The notes under the pieces were generated by a model. It did not search any database and was not told where the DNA came from. It was given only the letters and a program-made list of their open reading frames with translations. The translations under genes and the position numbers were made by a program. Of a stretch of 64,000 nucleotides of DNA, positions 52,866 to 62,980 are shown piece by piece. The DNA comes from Candidatus Eiseniibacteriota bacterium (lineage in GTDB: Bacteria; Eisenbacteria; RBG-16-71-46), in the NCBI GenBank assembly GCA_963717935.1, contig CAVQXP010000001.1:181714-245713 (forward strand). The letters are read 5' to 3'. Each line of letters starts with the position of its first letter. Position 1 is the stretch's first letter.

Positions 52866-52998
52866 TAATATGTTCACCCGGACCAGTGAAATTTTATGAC
52901 CGCAGTTAATGCGGTTTTTTATTTTAAACCTGCTATTTAATCATTCCAAACAACATTCTAAGCTTTGAGAAACTACTGCTTTTAGTTATTTTTACAAC

Positions 52999-53071
52999 GC
53001 ATCCGTAGCTCAGTTGGTAGAGCAGTAGACTCTTAATCTATTGGTCGGGGGTTCGAGTCCCCCCGGGTGTA
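52999..53071 (+). tRNA. tRNA-Lys (anticodon CTT)
   Basis: Cloverleaf GCATCCG/CGGGTGT, D-arm GCTC..GAGC, anticodon loop CT-CTT-AA, T-loop TTCGAGT; CCA not encoded. Confidence 0.95.
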
Positions 53072-53205
53072 CAAAGGAATTTTTGACAGCATAAAACGCA
53101 ATATTTACCCTCCAGACAGAGGGTTTTTTGCTTTATATCTGTATTTTTATCTGTAAAAGTTTTGAAGTATTAAATTCTTAAGGATTTTTTCTGGGAGAAA
53201 ATATT

Positions 53206-54096
53206 TTGAAAAACATAATTCTATTATTTGTTTTTTTTACATCAATCATATCCACCGTTTATTCACAGGATATTGAAGATACATTAATGATCTATGGACG
53301 TAATAGATTTTATAAAACTCATCTTCCACTCGGATATAATTATGAAAAAAACTATCCCGTGGTTTTTGTTTTTCATGGCGGGTTAGGAAATCCAGATATT
53401 ATAGAAGAACAAACAGGTTTTTCAAAAAAAGCAGATCAGGAAGAATTTATTGTCGTTTATCCATACGGGACAGGACCCTTTGACAAAAAACTTTTAACCT
53501 GGAATACTTGGGATTGCTGTGGATATGCTGATAAGAAAAACATAAATGATGTCGATTTTATTCAAGCTGTTTTAAACCAGGTGAAATTAAAATACAATAT
53601 TGATGATAAAAGAGTTTATGCGACGGGTTTATCCAATGGAGGGATGATGTGCTATTTGCTTGCATGCGAATTGCCAAATCAATTTGCTGCAGTTGCACCA
53701 GTTGCTGCGTCTATGTTTGATACGGTTTCGTGTAATCCCAAAAGTGAAATATCGCTAATAATTTTTAACAGTGTGGATGATCAGCACATTCCATACAATG
53801 GCGGTGTAGGTGAAGAATCTTTAGTTGAGGTGGAAAAACTGCCCGTGGAAACGGTTCTTAATTTATGGGTAAATAAATATAATTGCTTTTTGATGAACGA
53901 ATCAGAAAGCGACTCATTCCGTAAAACGAGTTACAAAAACAATAACGGAACTGAAATTGTTCTTTACAAAATGTTAAGCGGCGGACATTCATGGCCGGGT
54001 GGTGAGAAGATTAGAAAATTTGGCAATGAGCCGGTAAAAAATGTTTCCGCAACAGATTTGATTTGGGAATTTTTTAAGAATAATCCCAAACAATAA
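53206..54096 (+). CDS. Secreted PHB-depolymerase/LpqC-like esterase
   Basis: FHGG, WN...CC, DDV-like NDVDFI, GLSNGG nucleophile, GGHSWPG. Confidence 0.85.
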   Translation: MKNIILLFVFFTSIISTVYSQDIEDTLMIYGRNRFYKTHLPLGYNYEKNYPVVFVFHGGLGNPDIIEEQTGFSKKADQEEFIVVYPYGTGPFDKKLLTWNTWDCCGYADKKNINDVDFIQAVLNQVKLKYNIDDKRVYATGLSNGGMMCYLLACELPNQFAAVAPVAASMFDTVSCNPKSEISLIIFNSVDDQHIPYNGGVGEESLVEVEKLPVETVLNLWVNKYNCFLMNESESDSFRKTSYKNNNGTEIVLYKMLSGGHSWPGGEKIRKFGNEPVKNVSATDLIWEFFKNNPKQ

Positions 54097-54294
54097 AATG
54101 AAAGAGAATATTTAAACCTATTTTCATCAAAGCAATTTTAAGAAAAGATCGTGTTGATTTTGGCTCTTAAGTTGCGTTATTTATAAAACCTTTTAGTCCA
54201 ACCATTTTACTTCCTTTCCAGTCTGTGATTACCTTTAATTTCTTTTAAGGATTGGCTATTATTCAGTATCAATAAAAATTAATTAGGGAAATAA

Positions 54295-54780
54295 ATGGCG
54301 ATTGAACAAAATAAAGTTGTAACTATGAATTTTACACTAACCGACGATCATGGCAACGTTCTTGATTCTACGGATCAGGGCGGACCATTTTCTTATCTAT
54401 CCGGCAACAATATGGTTTTACCAAAACTTGAAGAAACTGTTAACGGGATGATAATCGGGACAAAAAAGAGTTTAAAACTTAGCGCTGTAGATGGTTATGG
54501 AAATTATAACGAAGAAGCTATTCAGGTTGTTGGAAAAGAAGATTTTCCCGAAGATTTTGTTTTAGAAGTTGGAATGGAATATATGGCAAGTAATCCCGAT
54601 GGAGTGCAGATGCCGTTTATTATTACCAATGTTGATGACGAAGAAATTACAATTGACTTTAATCATCCTCTTGCAGGAAAGAATTTAAACTTTGATATCG
54701 AATTGGTTGATGTTAGAGATGCCACAGCTGAGGAGTTATCACACGGTCACGTACATGGACCGGGCGGGCATCATCACTAA
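54295..54780 (+). CDS. slyD: FKBP-type peptidyl-prolyl isomerase with His-rich tail
   Basis: DFNHPLAGK.L.F, RDAT.EEL.HGHVHGPGGHHH. Confidence 0.93.
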   Translation: MAIEQNKVVTMNFTLTDDHGNVLDSTDQGGPFSYLSGNNMVLPKLEETVNGMIIGTKKSLKLSAVDGYGNYNEEAIQVVGKEDFPEDFVLEVGMEYMASNPDGVQMPFIITNVDDEEITIDFNHPLAGKNLNFDIELVDVRDATAEELSHGHVHGPGGHHH

Positions 54781-54817
54781 GTAGAAATGTACGGGGTATA
54801 ATTTACAATTAAGAATT

Positions 54818-54850
54818 GAGAGGATTGGAATATTTTCAATCCTCTTTTTT
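54818..54850 (+). terminator. Intrinsic terminator
   Basis: AGAGGATTGGAA-TATT-TTCAATCCTCT followed by a T-run. Confidence 0.8.
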
Positions 54851-54878
54851 ATTTTTGATTATCTAATTAAAAGAAAAT

Positions 54879-55214
54879 ATGGATAACGTGGCAATCATAA
54901 GTTTATCGGAATTTCAACACGTTCTTGGTAATCACAAATCAGTGTGCTTTTACCTCAGCACGCCTGAATGCAATGTTTGCAAAGTACTGAAACCAAAAGT
55001 GATCGAAATGCTTAAAAATGATTTTTCCCAAATCCATTTTTATTATGTTGATCTGAATGAAGCAAAAGAAATATCCGGGCAGCTTTCAGTATTTTCTGTT
55101 CCAACAATACTTATTTATTTTGAGGGCAAAGAAACAATAAGAGTTTCAAGAAATGTGCATCCCGAAGAATTACGGGAACAGATTAACAGATATTATAAAA
55201 TGATTTTTCCGTAG
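54879..55214 (+). CDS. Thioredoxin family protein
   Basis: CNVC motif, FSVPT...EGKE. Confidence 0.88.
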   Translation: MDNVAIISLSEFQHVLGNHKSVCFYLSTPECNVCKVLKPKVIEMLKNDFSQIHFYYVDLNEAKEISGQLSVFSVPTILIYFEGKETIRVSRNVHPEELREQINRYYKMIFP

Positions 55215-55233
55215 ATTATTTATTAGAATAGTT

Positions 55234-55304
55234 TGTCATTCCCGCGAAAGCGGGAATCTATTTTGTTTTATAAGCACTGGATTCCCGTTTGCACGGGAAT
55301 GACA
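55234..55304. repeat. REP doublet (GTCATTCCCG-type)
   Basis: TGTCATTCCCGCGAAAGCGGGAATC...GATTCCCGTTTGCACGGGAATGACA; second copy at 63009-63101. Confidence 0.85.
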
Positions 55305-55365
55305 TATAAATCTCGACTAATGTGCGGCCTCATATATTTTTGTGTGTTAAAAAGGAGAATAAAAA

Positions 55366-56030
55366 ATGAAAAAAGCACTCTTAACTCTGACAGTATTATT
55401 AACATTCTGCTTTGCTGCCTGCGAGAAAGCAATAGATCCCGAAGTAGGTGTAAACAGCGAAATAACCGCTAAACAAAAACTTGATGATGTTCTGCTAAAA
55501 GCCCGGCTAGATTTTGCGACTGATGCAAGACTTTCTGCTATCTATGGATGGAATGTCGATTTATCCGGCAAGATTGATTTACTGCAAACAGACAACGCCT
55601 TTGTTTATGTTGTGCAGTCAAACACTTTACAACGCAACGAGTTTTATGTGCCGGTATTTGCGGCAGGGCCAATTAAATCTCCTATAAACTTTACAACGAT
55701 GTTATCTTTTATTAAAGATACTACTGCGGGCAATTTTATTGGAAAAGCATTTAACAGACTTGCAACCCTTGCAATAGATTCGGCTGCAAATTATAACGAT
55801 AGTCCCGCAACAATAGAAACTGCGCTTGTTAACGGAGGAAATGCTTTCCTTACGCAAAACACCGGAGTAAAAATTGATATGTTTCTTTTACCGAGCAAAT
55901 CTTTAGATACAACACTTGCGTTAAATAATTCTGCAGATTGGATTGTAAATTTTTATTCAAGTTCAAAATCTTTAGTGCTCTGGATTAGCGGAAACATGAG
56001 ATGTAGAAGTACTTTCCGGAAATTAAGTAA
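55366..56030 (+). CDS. Hypothetical lipoprotein (3' end uncertain; track ORF runs on into repeats)
   Basis: AGGAG RBS, MKK plus hydrophobic helix, lipobox FAAC. Confidence 0.7.
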
Positions 56031-56162
56031 GAGATGTAAAGGGGCTGTCTCAAAAGTAATTTTTATTGTCACACTGAGCCTGTCGAAGTGTGAATTCGTA
56101 ATAAAATGTCATCCCGAATCTTCAGGAAAGCTCAGACTGACAAATTAAGTTTTATGAAATCG

Positions 56163-56347
56163 CCCATTCCTTTTTCAAGAGAAGGGGACGGGGATGAGTT
56201 TGTTTTTAACACTGTAAGAATTTTAAGAACACACTTTACAAAACACCAATTGAACTCACCCTAAATCCCGCTCTTACAAAGAGAGGGACTTTGAAAACAG
56301 ATACTAATCGCCCATTCTCTTCGCAAGAGAAGGGTTGGGGATGAGTT
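56163..56347. repeat. REP-like array A-B-A, downstream of DUF559
   Basis: Unit A CCCATTCTCTT-CGC-AAGAGAAGGGTTGGGGATGAGTT; unit B AACTCACCCTAAATCCCGCTCTT-ACA-AAGAGAGGGAC. Confidence 0.85.
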
Positions 56348-56353
56348 CGTTAT

Positions 56354-56740
56354 TTACTTATTAAAACAACTTTTAATTGTTGCTAAGACATTATTTAAAT
56401 CATTTATAATTTCTTCATTATTAAATCTAATTACTTGTAATCCTAAAGAATTAAGTATTCTTGTTCTAGCCTCATCTTTTAATAATCTATACTGGTGATA
56501 TTTCCCGTCAAGTTCGATGATAAGCCTATGCTCATGACAATAAAAATCAGCCACAAAAAAAGTTTCTTTGCTGGTTATATCGTGAAAGAACGGATATTGT
56601 CTATAAAACTTTTTCCCTTCAAAATTTTTATTTCGGATTGCTTTCCACAATAATTTTTCAGCCTGGGTTGAATTTTTTCTTAAATCTCTGCAAACAACTT
56701 TAGCAACACCCACTAATTTATTTCTATTGTCTAAGCTCAT
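56354..56740 (-). CDS. DUF559 (Vsr-like) endonuclease domain protein
   Basis: R.LRKN.T.AE..LW...R, F.RQ, ADFYC....IIELDG..H, D..R...L...G..VIRF.N. Confidence 0.92.
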   Translation of the reverse strand: MSLDNRNKLVGVAKVVCRDLRKNSTQAEKLLWKAIRNKNFEGKKFYRQYPFFHDITSKETFFVADFYCHEHRLIIELDGKYHQYRLLKDEARTRILNSLGLQVIRFNNEEIINDLNNVLATIKSCFNK

Positions 56741-56790
56741 TTTAAATTATTAATATTATATAATCCTTCTTTTTAATTTAAAGCTAACCA

Positions 56791-56987
56791 CCTTCTCTTC
56801 GCAAGAGAAGGGTTGGGGATGAGTTCGATTTTAACACAGTAAATATCTTAAGAACACGCTTTACAAAACATTAATTGAACTCACCCTAAATCCCTCTCTT
56901 ACAAAGAGAGGGACTTTTAAAATTCAAACTCCCTTGTCTTTTCAAGTCGAAGATCCCGCTTGCGGGAAGAAGGGCCGGGGATGAGTT
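56791..56987. repeat. REP-like array A-B-A, upstream of DUF559 (direct repeat of 56163-56347)
   Basis: Same units and same spacer (TTTTAACAC..TTAAGAACAC.CTTTACAAAACA..AATTGAACTC); last unit carries an inserted hairpin TCCCGCTTGCGGGA. Confidence 0.85.
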
Positions 56988-57053
56988 CCTGTGTTTGAGA
57001 CAATTAATTTTCACCCAGCCTCTTAAAGCGGATTATTCTCTGATGATTTCTTT

Positions 57054-57902
57054 TTATATCCCGACAAGTCTCATAACCAGGAATATTATTAATCCCAGCG
57101 TTGCCCCTAAATAAAGCCAGCGAATATATTTACGTCCTTCCTCGCCAACAGCTTTCATTAATCTTATAGATGAATAAGCGATTGCTGTATCCATTATGCC
57201 AATGGGTATTAAATAAATAACCGGAAACCATTTTAATAAAAAGGGAATTATTGTTAGCAGGATAACAAGAAAAAATATCCGCACACTTACTTTAAGAGCG
57301 GCTTCTTTTCCAAATCTTATAGCAATGGAATTTGATTCTATAAGCAAATCACCTTTAACATCCATTGAATCGGCAGCTATCTCTTCTCCTAAATCTATTA
57401 ACGCGGCGATTACACCAAAGAACAAAACCATTTTGTTAAAAGGTAATCCAACAGAAAGACCACCGAAAATAAATGTCATCCCCACAGAAAAGCTTACCAT
57501 AAAATTTCCTGCTAATCCGTGCTTCTTAAATTTTCTGTTATACAGAAAACCGATAACAGCTAAACCAACTGAGAACAATAATGCGGAAGTGCTTATGTAG
57601 TAGCTTAGTAAAAGTCCGATTATTAATAGTATGATTGAAAACGACAGAGCTTCTGTAAGTGAAACAAGATTAGAAGGTATGGGTCTGTCCGGTGCGTTTA
57701 TTTTATCTGTTTCTATATCAAAGTAATCGTTTGATACAAGGATTGAAGCGGAGATTAAAAACACCGAAAGGAACCCCGCGGCTGTTATGGCAATTGAGGC
57801 AAACTCACCAAGCGCAAACAACTGACCCATTACAACGCAAATACCAGCGGCAAAGGGAAGCTCAAACCGTATTAACCTTAAAAGACCTTTAAGTTTTTTC
57901 AT
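57054..57902 (-). CDS. UbiA-family prenyltransferase (DGGGP-synthase-like)
   Basis: NDYFDIETDKINAPDRPIPS, YN..FK..G..GN, EEIAADSMDVKGD. Confidence 0.85.
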   Translation of the reverse strand: MKKLKGLLRLIRFELPFAAGICVVMGQLFALGEFASIAITAAGFLSVFLISASILVSNDYFDIETDKINAPDRPIPSNLVSLTEALSFSIILLIIGLLLSYYISTSALLFSVGLAVIGFLYNRKFKKHGLAGNFMVSFSVGMTFIFGGLSVGLPFNKMVLFFGVIAALIDLGEEIAADSMDVKGDLLIESNSIAIRFGKEAALKVSVRIFFLVILLTIIPFLLKWFPVIYLIPIGIMDTAIAYSSIRLMKAVGEEGRKYIRWLYLGATLGLIIFLVMRLVGI

Positions 57903-58154
57903 ACAATGCAAAAATTATTAAGTGCAGAAAAAAAACCTAACGGTTGTGCATAATGAATTTATGTTTTTAAAGTCTGGTTATTTATTTGTGCAGTTTTGAC
58001 CTCACTCACGATGGATCGGGACAGGCTCTTTATCCCTCTCCTTGTAAAGGAGAGGGATGTGGAAGTGTGACTTTTTAATTTTTCAATACTTGCCACTGTA
58101 GATTGTTATAAATGTCCAAATAAATTAATTTGCGCTAAACATTTTATAACGCAT

Positions 58155-58571
58155 ATGCAATCGCTTAGAAAAACTCTTTACACAACCCTTATTATCCTTA
58201 ATTTATTTTTAGTCCTTACCGCACTACCCGGTGGATTTTGTTTACTAACAGGAATTGCTGCCCCGCCCGTTGATGAATTAAAAGGTTTTATCTTTAGAGA
58301 TTACACTATACCCGCACTTGCATTGATGATAGTTGTTGGCGGAAGTGCTTTACTTGCTGCAATTATGCTAATACGTAAAAACAGATTTGCCTTACTTCTT
58401 TCTGTTTCTGTAGGCTTAATACTAATGTTTTTTGAATTTGTTGAAGTATTAGAAATTGGCTCACCTACCGGCGCAGGATTAATAATGCAATTAATTTACT
58501 TTGTGCTTGGTGTTGCTATGGTTAAATGTGCTGTTATTGTTTTGTATTTCGACTTACAAATGACTAAATAA
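58155..58571 (+). CDS. Hypothetical four-TM membrane protein
   Basis: Hydrophobic ORF with GG..L and F.DY.IP...L...VGG pattern. Confidence 0.7.
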   Translation: MQSLRKTLYTTLIILNLFLVLTALPGGFCLLTGIAAPPVDELKGFIFRDYTIPALALMIVVGGSALLAAIMLIRKNRFALLLSVSVGLILMFFEFVEVLEIGSPTGAGLIMQLIYFVLGVAMVKCAVIVLYFDLQMTK

Positions 58572-58586
58572 TTTAAAGGTTGATCT

Positions 58587-59108
58587 ATGGACAACCATAA
58601 TTTTATTCTTCTGGTTATTGTATGCGTGCTTACGCATATTGTCCGAACCATCTATGAAATACTAAAGCATAAAAAAATATTACAGGCAAGTAAATTATCT
58701 TTTGTAATTATATTTGCTAATATGGCTGTGCTATGGATTAGCTGGTTTTTGCTTTGCCGTTTTGATGTTTATAAAATAGACCTGCCTTCTGTTATTAGAT
58801 ATTTTGGTGCTGCGCTAAGCTTGCTTGGTGCGGCTTTATTTTTTACTGCTTTGTTTACAATTAAAACTCTTGAAACTTATAACGGCGACCTTATTACAAA
58901 AGGCATTTACTCTAAAGTAAGACACCCGATGTATTTAGGTTTTATACTCTGGTTAATTGGCCCTCCGTTGTTTTATGCAGCAGTTACTTCCTTTGCGCTT
59001 GCAGTTTTATTTATTACAAATGTTTTGTTCTGGAGATATTTAGAAGAAATAGAATTGGAAAAAAGATTTGCCGGGTATAAAGATTATAAGGTTAGAACAT
59101 TTTTTTAA
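58587..59108 (+). CDS. ICMT/PEMT-family membrane methyltransferase
   Basis: LITKGIYSKVRHPMYLG, EE..L...F..Y..Y. Confidence 0.85.
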   Translation: MDNHNFILLVIVCVLTHIVRTIYEILKHKKILQASKLSFVIIFANMAVLWISWFLLCRFDVYKIDLPSVIRYFGAALSLLGAALFFTALFTIKTLETYNGDLITKGIYSKVRHPMYLGFILWLIGPPLFYAAVTSFALAVLFITNVLFWRYLEEIELEKRFAGYKDYKVRTFF

Positions 59109-59233
59109 ATTATTATTTATGAAAATGTGATTGTGCAAGATATAGCATTAAGAATATAATAATGCTTTAATAGCGCTTAAATAAAATCAATGGGTTTTGC
59201 AATGGAGACGTATCTAGAAAAAAACGTTAAGAT

Positions 59234-61349
59234 TTATCTTAGTTGTTTTAATTTTTTATAGAGGTCAACTAAATGCAAAACCGAGATATCAATAAAGGCT
59301 CGTACATAAGGTTCAAGAATATTTTCAGGTGTCATTAAATTAACCCTTTCCAAAATTGATATAGCTGCTTTGTTTGTATTAAATTTAAATTCTTTAAGCA
59401 ATTCTGAAGTTTGATTAGAGTTAATAACTAATGAACCAGATTTGGAATCTTAGCAATCATATATTCTTCAGCTTTAAGTCGAATTGCAATAGATAGAGTT
59501 ATTTTATTCTCAAGTAGTATTTCATTAATTGGATTTTCTTGCTCAATTGAATTAGCAGTATCATAAATCAAGTCTTTTATTGGCTTTGCCCCAAATGTAA
59601 TGTTTTGATTCGCCGTTGAAGGGAAATAATTTTGTATATGATTTAGAATATCTGTACAGTGAATCATATTAGTGTCTGATTTTATATGAAGACAAGAAGT
59701 AAGAAGTTTATAGTTAAGACTTGTGCTGTCTTCTATGTATTCTATAAGGTTTCTTAGAAATGGAATGACGCTAATAAATATTTTTTCAATTGAAATATTC
59801 TGCTTGAAGTAACGGAATACATCTTTTCTATATCTACCTTCACTTAAAGTAATTTCCCTGTTTTCATCTTTTATTATCATAAAAACTGATTTCCGATTCA
59901 AGGAAAGTCTTGAAGCAACAGTTCTGTAAAAGTCAAAATTGTGAGTAAGTATAAGTAGTTTAAATATTATGTTGTTATGCAACTCTTTTATGTACTCTAT
60001 GATGGCATATTTATTTTTATAATCAAATGAATCTGCGATGTCGTCTAAAACAAAGAGTTTCTTGGTTAAGTTGCTTTCTTGATTCTATGTCGAACAATAA
60101 TTGAAGAATATAAAATGCTCTTTGCTCGCCTTTACTTAGTATTGAAAGTAAAGTGTTTTTATCTTTTCTTATTGGAATATCGTTTGATCTTTGTAGTCAA
60201 ATTCAACTTAGCTGTTTCTTCTTTCAAAACAACATCTTCTTGATTTACTAATTTTATTTCGAAGGGCATAAAATCTCGCATTGAATGTATTTAATTCTTC
60301 CAAATTGCAAACTCCTTTTTCGCTTCTTTAATAATGTTTTCAATTACTGTTTTTTTGCTTTTATAAATTTTCAATAAGGTTTCTTTATCAAGTAAAAATG
60401 TAGTTTAGCCAAACCTTTTTTCTGAAATCCTCATATTGTCAGTTGACAAGTAATAAATTGTCTTTTTCAATTGCATTTTTAAAGTTCGCAGTTCAAAATT
60501 AGCTCCAATTGATTTATCAACTTGGTCAAATGATTTTTTTAATTTTTCATCATTTACAATACTAGTAATTTCTTTTTGAAGTAATTGTCTTAGTTCCTCT
60601 ACTGATTTAATTTCTGCATCATCACTTAGAATAAACTTATGCCCGGCATCAAAATAAGAGTTATCCTCAGTTGATTTTAACAATTCATTTGCTTGAAAAG
60701 TACCAAATGAATTTTCGGAACTTTTGAAAAATGTAGATTTGTTTAGAAGTTCCTTATAGTTAGTAATGTATTGTGCTAAGAGTGGTTGATTCTTGTCTAA
60801 AAACTTTTTTACATTTCCTTTTTTATGAAAATATCGTTATAGCGAAAATTGTACTTGTCTGGTTTAGACAACAATGATTTTGAAATGGTCAACAGTAATT
60901 CAAAAAAAGTGTCCTTAGGACTTTGACTAAATGCATGATAAATTCAGTTTCACAGTCTGTGCTTTGGATACTTGTTTTAGTTTCTTTATGTATTCAGTCC
61001 TTTTGTCTTCTAACTCAGAATATATCTCGTCAACTTTTTTTATTCTCTGCTTGCTATAAATGAGTAATCTTTTTTGAAATATAATTGTTGTCCTCGGCAT
61101 TAACAACCAAAATTGATTCAATAGCAATAGAGTTTTGTCCATAATATGTTATAAGATGTAACCCTGTTTCCATAAGTCACTTGGATTGATTTAGCGTCAT
61201 TTTTACAATGAGGTCTAATGTCTTAGCAAAAGAAGTTTTCATTGTGCATTTGGGGCAAAATGAGAATGGAATTGATTTAATTGTCTAAGTCAATTTTGTT
61301 GAATTTACCAATTCAAGCAATTTTGTAGTTCTATTTCAATAAAGTCCAT
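59234..61349 (-). pseudogene. Heavily frameshifted ABC/SMC-like ATPase gene (about 700 codons)
   Basis: Fragments in correct order: APN(G)TMKTSFAK (Walker A variant), coiled coil, LSKGEQRA (signature), FVLDDIADSFDYKNKYAI (Walker B/D-loop), LTHNFDF (H-loop), IAIRLKAE, NLMTPENI. Confidence 0.7.
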
Positions 61350-61751
61350 TGTTGTGTAGTGTTAAAGTTATTGCAGTTCGTTAATAGGCCCCAAGTGAGT
61401 CTTTGTTTTATCAGTATAAATTCTTATCAAAACTTTAAATCAAAAAAACTTATGGTAGAAAAAAAAGTAAAACCCCGCTGTATCAACTGATAAAAAAAAC
61501 GCGCACAAAATGGTAATAAATAAAACCCTACAGACTACACTTGCCAATTCTAACTCGCACCTCTCGAAGTAAAGTGGGGTGTGTATTTATAAATAAAGCT
61601 TACTTTAAGTATAAAGACATTTGCAACTTATGTTTTTAGTTTTAGAATTTCAATTAACGAATGGCAATTATCAATGCACGATTATCAATTTACAATGGGA
61701 AATTGCTATAGATTAGATGTCAAGGGTGAAACGTCAAATATTTTAAGAAAA

Positions 61752-61892
61752 AGATTCTCACGCCTGCCTGCCGGTAGGCAAGTCGCTTCGCTCCCCAGAA
61801 TGACGGGCAGAATTCAAAAGTCATCCTTCGACAGAGTTTATCCCGATTAATCGGGGCTCAGGATGACGGCAATAATTACTTTTAGACAACCC
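61752..61892. repeat. REP half-units with nested hairpins and one IS-like end
   Basis: GATTCTCAC[GCCTGCCTGCCGGTAGGCAA]GTCGCTTCGCTCCCCAGAATGAC; TCCTTCGACAG[AGTTTATCCCGATTAATCGGG]GCTCAGGATGAC; ACTTTTAGACAACCC. Confidence 0.7.
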
Positions 61893-61901
61893 AAACAATG
61901 T

Positions 61902-62879
61902 TCATTCTTTAATAAGTTTTATACTTCCTTCTTCCGGTACTTTAATTTTATATGCAACGCCTTTTTTGTTTTTTAAAAACGTATCACGCAGCCAGGGATT
62001 GTAGAGTTTAAGTGTTTTGTAATTTATTCCAAGTGCCGCGGCGTAATCTGCAAAATCCGCAACAGAAGTATTCAGATCAACTTCTTTAAACTTAAGCGGT
62101 TTGTAAAGGTCATCCTCTTTCAAATCATAACCGTACTCAGCGGGGTTTTCCATAATTAACTTTAACGCAATTATGCGCGAAACATACCGGGATGTTTCAG
62201 AACCAAGAACAAGATTCCAGTAGTTTGTTGTTTTCTGTAACCCGCTCCATTTATCAATTCCATTCATTCCGGCATTATAGGATGACGCGGACATAGTCCA
62301 GTTGCCAAACATAGCGTAGGCGGTATTAAGATAATTGCAAGCAGCCTGTGTGGATTTTTCAACGTGATATCTTTCATCAACTTCATCGCTTACTTCTAAC
62401 CCATATTGATTTGCGGCAGATTTAATAAACTGCCAGTAACCCGTAGCTCCCGCAGACGAAACCGCATTTTCTAAATTGCTTTCTATAACTGCAAGATATT
62501 TAAAGTCATCCGGAATATTATTTTGTTTTAATATTGGTTCAATTACAGGGAACCATCTTGCAGCTCTTTTAATGGCAAGCATAGTTGAGGAGTGCCAGTA
62601 GGTATTTACTAAAAGTTCTCTGTCAACTCTTTCGTAAACTTCAGAGTTTTCTAACGGAACTCCTTCGCCGAATATTACAATGTTATTCGGAATTTTGGGA
62701 GAAATGATATTGTAATTTTGCGGAAACGTTCCATTGGGATTTCCGGCAATTATATTATTTGTAAAGTAGAGATTTGTTGCAATGAACAATATCCCGACCG
62801 CGGATAAGAGTCCTGCATAGAAATAATTCACTTTAGATTTTTTAACAACGGTTTCTTTTAATCGTACTAATATTTTCAT
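61902..62879 (-). CDS. Lytic transglycosylase (SLT/MltD-like)
   Basis: IPDDFKYLAVIES, S.AGA.G.WQF, DERYH..KST.AA..YL, SYNAG, ET.RYV. Confidence 0.9.
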   Translation of the reverse strand: MKILVRLKETVVKKSKVNYFYAGLLSAVGILFIATNLYFTNNIIAGNPNGTFPQNYNIISPKIPNNIVIFGEGVPLENSEVYERVDRELLVNTYWHSSTMLAIKRAARWFPVIEPILKQNNIPDDFKYLAVIESNLENAVSSAGATGYWQFIKSAANQYGLEVSDEVDERYHVEKSTQAACNYLNTAYAMFGNWTMSASSYNAGMNGIDKWSGLQKTTNYWNLVLGSETSRYVSRIIALKLIMENPAEYGYDLKEDDLYKPLKFKEVDLNTSVADFADYAAALGINYKTLKLYNPWLRDTFLKNKKGVAYKIKVPEEGSIKLIKE

Positions 62880-62980
62880 TATATAAGCCTTTTATTTTGC
62901 GACGCATAATAAAAAAATGTAAGGCCATTACGAAGACCAAAAGAAGTGTTGTTATATTTGCATAAAGAATTTTGTGTATT

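Larger units (their letters stand above)
56041..57022. mobile_element. Putative non-autonomous cassette: IS-like inverted ends enclosing REP arrays and a DUF559 gene
   Basis: Left end GGGGCTGTCTCAAAAG; right end TTTGAGACA-[15 nt]-GCCTC; internal duplicated palindrome arrays. Confidence 0.45.

Noticed and set aside
52999..53100. tRNA-Lys as an island integration site
   Set aside because: No integrase and no duplicated tRNA 3' end was found in the window
55233..55472. Short ORFs built from repeats (55233..55472, 62842..63063) and the extensions 44304..44357 and 56031..56148
   Set aside because: These are translations of REP palindromes (SFPRKRES, LDSRFHGND, MLKRVQHD, VTLSLSK), not credible proteins
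56163..56987. CRISPR array
   Set aside because: Units alternate in orientation, the spacer is itself duplicated, spacing is irregular and there are no cas genes; the pattern is REP/BIME-like
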